From: Anaeromyxobacter sp.
Lineage (GTDB): Bacteria; Myxococcota; Myxococcia; Myxococcales; Anaeromyxobacteraceae
Reading direction: 5' to 3'
Length of the DNA: 64,000 nucleotides
NCBI GenBank assembly: GCA_049840735.1
Contig: JASGJN010000020.1
Coordinates: 384,001-448,000, forward strand
Part shown: positions 53,275-64,000 of the stretch, piece after piece
Position numbering within the stretch: position 1 is the stretch's first letter
Layout: every line of letters begins with the position of its first letter
Made by a program: the position numbers and the translations under genes
Notes under the pieces: generated by a model
Told to the model about the DNA's origin: nothing
Seen by the model: the letters and a program-made list of their open reading frames with translations, nothing else
The model's database searches: none

Positions 53275-55626
53275 ATGATCCGGATCAAGAGCGGATGGGG
53301 TGCGGTACTGGCCGCGACGTTGTTCGCGCTGACCGCATGTTCCGACGGCAAGGACGGGGCGATCGGCGCCAGCGGTCCGACGGGCCCCACGGGCCCGACG
53401 GGCGACACGGGCCCGACCGGCCCGACGGGTCCCACGGGCCCGGTGGTCCCCACTGATGTGACCGCGATGCAGGTGACCATCGACCAGGTGGAGAACACCC
53501 AGGCGCTGGTCGGCACGCGCGTGGTCTTCACGGTGAAGGACCAGGACGGCAACGCGCTCGAGGCGCTGCCCAGCGGCGTCAGCGTCTACGCCATCGTCGC
53601 CAAGCTGCAGGCCGACGGCACCTGGAAGAGCTACATCAGCCGGGTCCAGAACGGGTCCACCACCGACTCCCTGGGCAACACCTACGTCCCGGTGCTGCCG
53701 CAGGCCGTCCAGGCCAACACCCAGAACGTCACCTCCGGCGTGGTCGCGATGGGCGAGGGCATGTTCCACGTCGACATCGCCGCCGCCGGCACCACGGTGG
53801 ACCCGGTGGAGTACGAGCCGACCCGCACGCACCGCGTGGCGCTCGAGATCCGCGGCAACGGGCAGCCGGACGTGAACGCCGTGAAGGACTACGTCCCGGC
53901 CGATCCGACCGCCGCCCCGACGGTCACCCGCAACATCGTGGCCACCGAGACCTGCAAGTCCTGCCACGCGACCACCTTCTCGTTCCACGGTGGCCACCGC
54001 TACCTGGCCGAGTACTGCGTCACCTGCCACAACCCCGGCACGGTGGACCCGGACGGCGGCTGGAGCCTGGACATGCCGGTGATGACGCACCGGATCCACG
54101 GCGGTGAGGAGCTGGCGGCCGGCTTCACGGCCAAGGGCTACACCGTCTACGGCTACGGCAACACCAAGTACGACTTCTCCGAGGTCGCCTACCCGATGCA
54201 GCTCACCAGCTGCACCAAGTGCCACTCGGCCAGCGACGCCACCCCGGATGGCGACAACTGGAAGGCGAACGCCAACGCGGCCGCCTGCTCCAGCTGCCAC
54301 ATCGACTACGGCCTCGACCTGACCAGCCATCACGGCAACGGCGACGTGACCGAGATGGCCTGCACGGGCTGCCACGGCGCGAACGCGGTGGCCAACTACC
54401 ACAAGACCCCGTACTCGACCCCGAACAACCCCGAGCCGAAGGACGGGATGTCCACGTTCGAGTACGTCATCGACAGCGTGACGGTGAACGGGTCCCGCCA
54501 GGCCGTGTTCCGCTTCAAGATCCTGCAGGACGGCCAGGCGGTCACCCTCAACACCTTCGCGGCCGGCGGCACGGTCATCATCAACGGCTTCACCGGCGGC
54601 CCGAGCTTCTACGCCGCGTACGCCATCCCGCAGGGCAACGTCCTGGCCCCGGCCGACTTCAACGGCGCGGCCTCCGGCCTGATCGGCACCAGCCCGCCGA
54701 GCGTGTCGCTGACCAACCTCTGGAACGGCACGCAGGGCTCCCTGGTCGCCGACACCGACGGCTTCTACGTCGCCACCCTGAACGGCTCCGCCGGCGCCGC
54801 GGTCCTCCCGGCCACGGCGAAGATGGTCACGGGCGTCATGATCGGCTCCTTCACCCAGACCAACGGTGAAGCGGCGATGAACTACGACTTCAACCACGAC
54901 GGCGACACGGCCGACGCGGTGCTCGCCATCAGCAAGTCGGTGAAGAAGGTGGCCACCGGCTACACCGGCCGCCGGCAGATCATCTCCGACGCCAAGTGCA
55001 ACAGCTGCCACGAGCAGCTCGGCATCACCCCGAGCTTCCACGGCAGCGTGCGCAACGACGCCGACACCTGCAACGTCTGCCACAACCCCGTCCGCAACAG
55101 CTCGTCCTGGTCCAGCGGCTACAAGGACTTCGTCCACTCGCTCCACGCGGCCGGCGTCCGCAACTACCAGTTCGGCTGGCACGCGGACCTGCAGTACTGG
55201 AACGTGGGCTATCCGAACGGCGTGAGCGACTGCACCGCCTGCCACCTGGACGGCACGTTCGACTACAGCAAGGTCTCGGAGGCGACGCTGACCAGCATGC
55301 TCCCGAGCACGGGCTCGTCGTCGAACTACGTCTCGAACCAGCCGGGCGGCTCTGCGCCTGCGACCCCGCCGGCCGTCGCGTCGCACTACCTGCCGACGCC
55401 GCTCGGTGACTGGGCGGACGTGGGCACGGACAAGTCGAACAACCTGGTGATCTCGCCCGTGACCGCCGCCTGCCTCGGCTGCCACGACAGCGAGGCCGCG
55501 GTGTCCCACTTCCGTACGCAGGGCGGCTCCGTGTACGCGAAGCGGAGCCTCGCTGGCGCTGAGGCCTGCCTGGCCTGCCACGGCCCGGGCAAGGACTTCG
55601 CCATCGCCAAGATGCACGGGCAGTAG
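53275..55626 (+). CDS. OmcA/MtrC-family decaheme c-type cytochrome lipoprotein
   Basis: Lipobox LTAC; ten CxxCH motifs in two groups of five, each after a beta-rich domain; collagen-like (GPT)n linker. Confidence 0.92.
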   Translation: MIRIKSGWGAVLAATLFALTACSDGKDGAIGASGPTGPTGPTGDTGPTGPTGPTGPVVPTDVTAMQVTIDQVENTQALVGTRVVFTVKDQDGNALEALPSGVSVYAIVAKLQADGTWKSYISRVQNGSTTDSLGNTYVPVLPQAVQANTQNVTSGVVAMGEGMFHVDIAAAGTTVDPVEYEPTRTHRVALEIRGNGQPDVNAVKDYVPADPTAAPTVTRNIVATETCKSCHATTFSFHGGHRYLAEYCVTCHNPGTVDPDGGWSLDMPVMTHRIHGGEELAAGFTAKGYTVYGYGNTKYDFSEVAYPMQLTSCTKCHSASDATPDGDNWKANANAAACSSCHIDYGLDLTSHHGNGDVTEMACTGCHGANAVANYHKTPYSTPNNPEPKDGMSTFEYVIDSVTVNGSRQAVFRFKILQDGQAVTLNTFAAGGTVIINGFTGGPSFYAAYAIPQGNVLAPADFNGAASGLIGTSPPSVSLTNLWNGTQGSLVADTDGFYVATLNGSAGAAVLPATAKMVTGVMIGSFTQTNGEAAMNYDFNHDGDTADAVLAISKSVKKVATGYTGRRQIISDAKCNSCHEQLGITPSFHGSVRNDADTCNVCHNPVRNSSSWSSGYKDFVHSLHAAGVRNYQFGWHADLQYWNVGYPNGVSDCTACHLDGTFDYSKVSEATLTSMLPSTGSSSNYVSNQPGGSAPATPPAVASHYLPTPLGDWADVGTDKSNNLVISPVTAACLGCHDSEAAVSHFRTQGGSVYAKRSLAGAEACLACHGPGKDFAIAKMHGQ

Positions 55627-55663
55627 CACCGCTCCGGGCACGACCCGGTCCCGGTAGAACCCG

Positions 55664-55693
55664 CCGCCCGGCGCGCACCTGCGCGCCGGGCGG
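55664..55693 (+). terminator. GC-rich hairpin after the cytochrome gene
   Basis: CCGCCCGGCGCGC-ACCT-GCGCGCCGGGCGG, 13-bp perfect stem; weak U-tract. Confidence 0.6.
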
Positions 55694-55816
55694 TCCTGCT
55701 TCAGCGGGGAGGACCTGGACACCGCCCCGCGACAGCCGTCCGTGTTCTCCCCGCCTCCGGTGCGCCGGCGGCGCCCAAGCACCTGATTCCACGGGAGCAC
55801 GCCGGCCTGCGAAGCC

Positions 55817-55832
55817 CGGCACGCAGCGTGCG
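55817..55832 (+). promoter_or_regulatory. Candidate sigma-54 promoter
   Basis: CGGCACGCAGCGTGCG (GG-N10-GC) about 60 bp upstream of the 65-aa ORF. Confidence 0.6.
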
Positions 55833-55889
55833 ATGCCCTCCGCACGCAGGGACGGACGACCCCGTCCCTGAACCCGAGAGGAGAACCGC

Positions 55890-56087
55890 ATGAAGAACGT
55901 CCTTCGCACCGCCGTCGCCCTCGCCGTCGTCGCCCTCGCCTTCCCCGCCTTCGCCGAGGGCACCGCCCCCGCCGCCGACGCCACCAAGCCGGCCGCGACC
56001 CAGACCAAGGCCAAGAAGCACGCGCACAAGAAGGCCGCCAAGGCTGCGCCCAAGTCCGACGCGGCGACCGCCCCGGCGGCGAAGTAA
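55890..56087 (+). CDS. Small secreted Lys/Ala/His-rich protein (Asr-like composition)
   Basis: RBS GAGGAG, signal peptide ending AFA, basic low-complexity mature part (KAKKHAHKKAAK). Confidence 0.8.
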   Translation: MKNVLRTAVALAVVALAFPAFAEGTAPAADATKPAATQTKAKKHAHKKAAKAAPKSDAATAPAAK

Positions 56088-57729
56088 GCTTCCCCGGGAG
56101 GCGTGCCGGGGGCCGGCCGCGCCTGCGGCCGGTCCCTGGCGTGACCAGGGCCGCAGCGCGGCTGTCCGGAGGGCACGCACGTGACCCGGGAACACATGTC
56201 CCTCCGCGCTCGCATCATCCTGCTGTTCGCCGCGGCGCTGGTCTCGACCCTGGCGGTCGCGGCCTACGTGGGCGAGCGGATCGCCGCCGAGGCGCTGGAG
56301 CGCTCGCTCCGCGACCGGACCGTGGACCTGGCCCGCACCATCGCCGACGAGCTGGCCCTCTCCCCCCGCACCGACGCCGACCGCGCCGCGCGCCAGCTGG
56401 GCGCCATCCTGACCCGGCGGCGCGGGCTCAAGTCGGCGCAGCTGACCTTGCGGAAGGGGACCGGCGTCCAGGTGGTCCACGTCAGCTTCGGGGCCGAGGG
56501 CGCCGAGCTGGACGCGCACATGGTCCCCTCGGCGCCGCTCCCGGTGGAGACCGCCGTGACGCAGGTCGAGGAGGGCGGCGTGCGCGCCTGGCGGGTGGAC
56601 CTACCGCTGCGCGACGCCTCCCGGCGCACCTTCGGCGCCCTGCGGCTCGACGCCGACCTCTCGCAGGCCGAGCAGATCGCCACCACCGAGCGGAGCGCGT
56701 TCTTCGCCGTGGCCGGCGCCGGCGCGGCGCTGCTGGCGCTCCTGCTCACCGCCTTGCTGGGGCGGCTCCTGACCCGGCCGCTCACCCGGCTGGCCGAGGC
56801 GATGGAGGCGGTCGCCTCCGGCGCCATCGACGAGGCCGCCGTGCCCGGCACCGGCCGCACCGACGAGGTGGGGGTGGTGGCGCGCGGGCTCTCCGCCATG
56901 CTGGGGCGCATCCGGCGCTTCAACGGCGAGCTGCAGCGCAGCGTGGACGACGCCACCGCCGACCTGGCGCGCAAGAACCGGCAGCTGGCCGAGGTGAACC
57001 ACGAGCTGGTGGAAGCCCGGCGCGACCTGACCTCCCAGGAGCGCCTGGCGGCGCTGGGGCAGATCTCCGGCACCATCGCACACGAGCTGGGCAACCCGCT
57101 CAACACCATCAGCGGCCACATCCAGCTGCTGGCGCGCGACCCGGCCTGCCCGCCCGAGACCCGCGGCGGGCTGGAGATCGTGGCCGGAGAGGTGAAGCGG
57201 ATGACGGCGGTGATCCGGCGCTTCCTCGACTCCTCGCGCGCGCTGGCGCCGGAGCCGGAGCGGGTCGCGCTCCAGGCGCTGCTGGAGGCGGCGGTGGGGC
57301 TGTCGCTCCCGGCCGACGCGCGCGACCGGCTCGAGGTGACGGTCGTGGTGGCGCCCGAGGTGGCGGAGGTCCGGGTGGATCCGGCCCTGCTGCGCCACGT
57401 GCTGGGCAACCTGGTCACCAACGCGGCGGACGCGATGCCGGAGCGCGGCTCGCTGCGGGTGGAGGCGGCGCGCCAGGGGCAGGAGGTGGCGGTGCGCGTG
57501 ACCGACACCGGCGGCGGCATCGGCGCCGAGGACCGCCGCCGCATCTTCGAGCCCTTCTTCACCACCAAGCCGCGCGGCAAGGGCACCGGCCTGGGGCTGG
57601 CCATCTCCCGCGAGATCGCCACCGCGCTGCACGGGCGGATCGAGGTGGAGAGCGCGCCCGGCCTGGGCTCCACCTTCACCCTCACCTTCCCCGAGGCGCC
57701 CGCGGCGGCGACCCGGAACGGAGCGGTCG

Positions 57730-60387
<2,658 letters not shown>

Positions 60388-60677
60388 GACGTGCACCTCC
60401 AGCAGGTGCAGCCATCTTAAGCCCGGATCTCGAGTCGCTCGCCGAGGCCCCTGGCGCCTCGCAGGAGCAGAGATTCTCGACAGCCCATCTCCGCTCCCTC
60501 ACGGACCTTCTGGCGAACCGCAGGGATCGCGCGGAGCGCTGCAGGAGAGCCGTTTCCCGCTGCACTGCACCGCGAAAGCCGCGTCGCGCCAGATTCACGT
60601 CAAGCGAAATCCGTCGAGTGCCGCCACCACGCCCCACTTGCGTGGCTCCGCCGCGCCCGCGTTCCGGCATCTGGCTG

Positions 60678-60722
60678 CGACTCCGCCTGCCCTGAGCTTG
60701 TCGAAGGGCTCAGCCCGACCGG
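60678..60722. repeat. Short nested REP-like unit
   Basis: CGACTCCG-[CCTGCCCTGAGCTTGTCGAAGGG]-CTCAGCCCGACCGG, same layout as 37423-37491. Confidence 0.65.
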
Positions 60723-60771
60723 ACGCCCACGATCATCAGTAATGACATGACCCCACCTCGACTAGGATCCT

Positions 60772-60975
60772 GGGCGCACGCGCTGGAGCAAGCAGCTCTC
60801 AGTTGACCCCAAGGGCGCACGCGCCAGAGCATGTTACTATTAGTTGACTCGAAGGGCGCACGCGCCGGAGCAAGCAACTCCCGCTTGCCCCCAAGGACGC
60901 ACGCCCTGGAGCAGGCAGCTCCCTGCTGCCCCACGCGCTGGAACAGGCGAACGCTAAACACGCACGACCTGGCAC
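60772..60975. repeat. Array of 41-bp units with conserved core and variable segment
   Basis: Core GGGCGCACGCGCYRGAGCA starts at 60772, 60813, 60854 and 60895, with degenerate copies near 60932 and 60960. Confidence 0.9.
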
Positions 60976-61115
60976 CCAGGATGTCCCCACCACCCGCTCC
61001 GCTACCAGGCCCCGGCCCCGGCCCCGCCTCCGCCCCACCCAGTCCCAAGCCCCTCAGACCCTCAACAGCACCGCTCCGCTCGCGGCGCAGGGCAGGGGCT
61101 CCCCTGCGCCCTGTA

Positions 61116-61252
61116 CCGCCGGCAGGCCCACTCAGCCCCCCCCATCCCGCCGGCAGGCCCACTCAGCCCCCCCATCCCGCCGGCAGGCCCACTCAGCCCC
61201 CCCCATCCCGCCGGCAGGCCCACTCAGCCCCCCATCCCGCCGGCAGGCTCAC
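61116..61252. repeat. About 30-bp tandem repeat, four copies plus a partial one
   Basis: CCGCCGGCAGGCCCACTCAG(C)6-8ATC at 61116, 61147, 61177, 61208, partial at 61237. Confidence 0.92.
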
Positions 61253-61284
61253 GCCGCGCCGCCCCGCCGCCACACTCTCCCCCC

Positions 61285-61896
61285 TCACGGCACGCACGTC
61301 GTCTCCCCCGGCCCGATGTCCCCCGCGCAGACATCTCCCGGCAGGCTCACATCGCAATACGGCGCGTCGAAGCTCCCCGTCACCTTCCCCCCGCCATCCA
61401 GCGTCACGTCCGCCGTCCCGATGATCCGGTCCGCCGTCACGCTGGTCACCACGATGTTCCCGCTCGCCCCCTCTACATCCGTCGCCACGCACTGCGCGTC
61501 GTTCTGCGACACGAACACGAACGCGTACTCGGTGGACAACCCGGGGTTCGTCGTCACCGGATAGGTGCCCGTGGTGATGGCGGCGGTCGTTCCCGTCGGG
61601 TTCACCTTGAAGATCGCCAGCGTGATGGTCTTGGCGTCCTGCTTGTCCTGCGCGTTCTGCAGGTAGCTGCAGAGCCCGGCCTCATCCGACGCGCCGACCG
61701 CGGCGAACGCCACCCCGAAGTCGATCCCCTCGACGCTGCAGGTCACCGCCTTGCCGATGCCGGTGAAGTTGGTGGCGCTGAGCGCGATGCTACCGGTGGC
61801 AGTGAGCGTGGGGTTGGCCGGCGGGTTGCTGCTGTTGCTGTCGCTGCCGCAGGCAGCGAGGATCAAGACGACGGCGATGGCCAGGCGTGGGCGCAT
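61285..61896 (-). CDS. Hypothetical lipoprotein
   Basis: RBS CAGGAG, lipobox LAAC, beta-rich body with several Cys and VTGSFDAPYC. Confidence 0.8.
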   Translation of the reverse strand: MRPRLAIAVVLILAACGSDSNSSNPPANPTLTATGSIALSATNFTGIGKAVTCSVEGIDFGVAFAAVGASDEAGLCSYLQNAQDKQDAKTITLAIFKVNPTGTTAAITTGTYPVTTNPGLSTEYAFVFVSQNDAQCVATDVEGASGNIVVTSVTADRIIGTADVTLDGGGKVTGSFDAPYCDVSLPGDVCAGDIGPGETTCVP

Positions 61897-62102
61897 GCTG
61901 GGCTCCTGGTTGGGTGGTGGCACCCGGACATCCAGGACCCGGGCGTTGCCCCTGCAACCTGGGGCGCGCGCGCACGGCGCAGGAGCCGCCAGGGTGGGTG
62001 CAGGTCGCGGCTGCCCACCCGGGCTGCGGACCGGCGCCCCGGCGGGCCCCGCCGCGCGGTACAACGAGCCGTTCGCTGGCGAGGTCCAGCGGGGAGACGC
62101 CG

Positions 62103-63186
62103 ATGGCCGGACGGGTCCGCGTGGGCGTGATCGGCACCAGCTGGTGGGCCGAGCTGGAGCACCTGCCAGGCCTTCGGTCGCGCGACGACGTCGAGGTCAC
62201 GGCGCTCTGCGGGCGCGACCCGGCCCGGCTGGCCGAGGTGGCCGGCCGGCAGGGCGTGCCCCACACCTTCACCGACTGGCACGCCCTCATCCGCAGCGGC
62301 CGGGTGGACGCGGTGGTGATCGCGCTTCCCAACGCGCTCCACCATCCCGTCGCCATGGCCGCGCTCCAGGCCGGGCTCCACGTCATCTGCGAGAAGCCGC
62401 TGGCGCTCGACCTGGCGCGCGCCCGCGAGCTGGCCGAGACCGCCCGCGCCGCCGGCCGCGCCACGCTCACCTTCTTCACCCACCGGCAGGTCGGCGCGGT
62501 GGCGCAGCTCAAGCGGCTGGTGGAGCGCGGCGCCCTGGGCCAGCCGGTCCACGTCAGCGCCAGCTACTTCACCGCCTCGCACCTCAAGCCCGGCAAGGCC
62601 GCGGCCTGGCGCATGATGCGGGCCGAGTCCGGCACCGGCGTGCTGGGCGACCTCGGCTCCCACCTGGTGGACCTGGTCCGCTGGCTGCTCGGCGACCTCA
62701 CGCGGGTGAGCGCCCACTGGCTCACCGTCACGCCCGAGCGCGACGGCGTGGTGACCGACGCCGACGAGTCGGTCTCCTTCCTGGCCCAGCTGGCCTGCGG
62801 GGCCCAGGGGGTCTTCCAGGCGAGCAAGCTGGTGGCCGGGCGCGGCAACCAGCAGCGGCTGGAGCTGCACGGCACGGCCGCCTCGCTGCTCTACGAGGCC
62901 GAGCCGGGCTACGACCCGACCTTCGAGGGCCGACTCTGGCTGGGGCGGCCCGACCGCAGCGCGCTCGAGCCGGTGCCGCTCGACCCCGATTCTGCGGCTG
63001 CCCGGCGGCGAGCGCGAGGGGCGCGATCTCGCCTTCCGGCGGCTGACCGATCCCTTCTTCCGAGCCGTCCGCGAGGGTGGACCGGTCTCGCCCGACTTCG
63101 GTGACGGCGCCGCGGTGCAGGCCGTCCTGGACGCGGTGGCGGCCTCGGCGGAGCACGGCGGCTGGGTGGCGGTGGAGCGGGTCTGA
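62103..63186 (+). CDS. Gfo/Idh/MocA family oxidoreductase, apparent frameshift at 62988-62992
   Basis: VGVIGT, HVICEKPL, GVLGDLGSHLVD; C-terminal PDFGDGAAVQAVLDA..ASAEHGGWV in the second frame. Confidence 0.9.
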
Positions 63187-63196
63187 CGCGGCCCCG

Positions 63197-63212
63197 TGGC
63201 CCGCATCTTGCG
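63197..63212 (+). promoter_or_regulatory. Candidate sigma-54 promoter
   Basis: TGGCCCGCATCTTGCG, close match to TGGCACG-N4-TTGC, upstream of ureD. Confidence 0.7.
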
Positions 63213-63231
63213 GAAGCGCCAGCCCGCCCCG

Positions 63232-64000
63232 ATGAACTGCACGCCCGCCGCGCTGCACAGGACAGGTCTGCCCGATGGGCGGGCACCGGGCTGCCCGCCG
63301 GCCGGGCAGCCGCGTCCCGGCGCGCGCGGCCACGGGCGGCTGGTCGTGGAGCAGGTCGAGGGCGCCTCGGCGGCGGTGGCCTGCGCCTCTGGCACGCCGC
63401 TCCGGCTCTTCCTCCCGCGCCCGCGCGGCGCCGCGGTCTGGGCGGTGGCGGCCAGCCACGGCGGCGGGCTGGTGGGCGGCGACGCCGTCGATCTCCGAGG
63501 TGACGGTGGGCCCCGGCGCGGCGCTGGCGCTGGGGACGCAGGCCGAGACCAAGGTCTACCGCCCTCCCCCCGGCGCCGAGCCCGCCCGCCAGACGCTGCG
63601 CGGGCGGGTGGAGGCGGGCGGCCTGCTGGCGCTGCTCCCCGACCCTGTCAGCCCCTACGCCGGCGCGCGCTACGTGCAGTCCCAGCGCTTCGAGCTCTGC
63701 CCCGGCGGCAGCCTGGCGCTGCTCGACGCCGTCACCGCCGGCCGCGCCGCCCGCGGCGAGCGCTGGGCCTTCGCGCACCACGCCACCCGCAACGTCGTGA
63801 CCGCCGGCGGGGCGCTGGCGCTGGCCGACGCCCTGCGCCTGGCCCAGGGCGAGGGGCCGCCGCTGCCGGAGCGGCTGGCCGGGCTCGAGCTCCTGGCCAC
63901 CATCGTGCTGCTCGGCCCGGCGCTGGCCGCCGGCGCCCAGGCCGCGCTGGAGGCGGTGGCGCAGCGGCCCGCCGACGGCGGCGCGCCGGTGCTGATCGCC
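63232..64000 (+). CDS. ureD: Urease accessory protein UreD (partial; apparent frameshift near 63495; start uncertain)
   Basis: Hand translation: PLRL, GGGLVGGD, TQAETKVYR, LPDPVSPYAGARYVQ, AGRAARGERWAF. Confidence 0.88.
   Translation, partial: MNCTPAALHRTGLPDGRAPGCPPAGQPRPGARGHGRLVVEQVEGASAAVACASGTPLRLFLPRPRGAAVWAVAASHGGGLVGGDAVDLRGDGGPRRGAGAGDAGRDQGLPPSPRRRARPPDAARAGGGGRPAGAAPRPCQPLRRRALRAVPALRALPRRQPGAARRRHRRPRRPRRALGLRAPRHPQRRDRRRGAGAGRRPAPGPGRGAAAAGAAGRARAPGHHRAARPGAGRRRPGRAGGGGAAARRRRRAGADR

Noticed and set aside
60772..60975. CRISPR array
   Set aside because: Period is only 41 bp, variable parts are about 10 bp and partly related, repeats are degenerate and there are no cas genes; reported as a non-CRISPR array

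Overview
Very GC-rich bacterial chromosome segment. Gene content (sigma-54 two-component systems, System II cytochrome c maturation, an MtrC/OmcA-like decaheme lipoprotein, HDOD and EAL proteins, nested palindromic repeats) suggests an Anaeromyxobacter-like member of Myxococcota; this is inference. Most of the window is housekeeping or metabolic: rnhA, pepD, pfk, lhr, kbl-tdh, ccsA/resB, DAHP synthase, glgB, ald, otsAB, aceEF, malQ, ureD. There are two accessory regions. (1) About 17.5-21.5 kb is a lower-GC array of probable orphan toxin-tip/immunity modules, interrupted by a complete ISAs1-family element (20-bp IRs, 12-bp target duplication) and followed by a solo IS end. (2) About 59.1-61.25 kb is an HNH endonuclease gene with an upstream array of 41-bp units (conserved core plus variable segment) and one more copy of the core at its 3' end; this is the best candidate for an undescribed nuclease-repeat system. 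About 14 apparent frameshifts occur in otherwise intact genes, and most sit at corrupted GATC sites. This points to basecalling errors at a modified motif rather than real pseudogenes.
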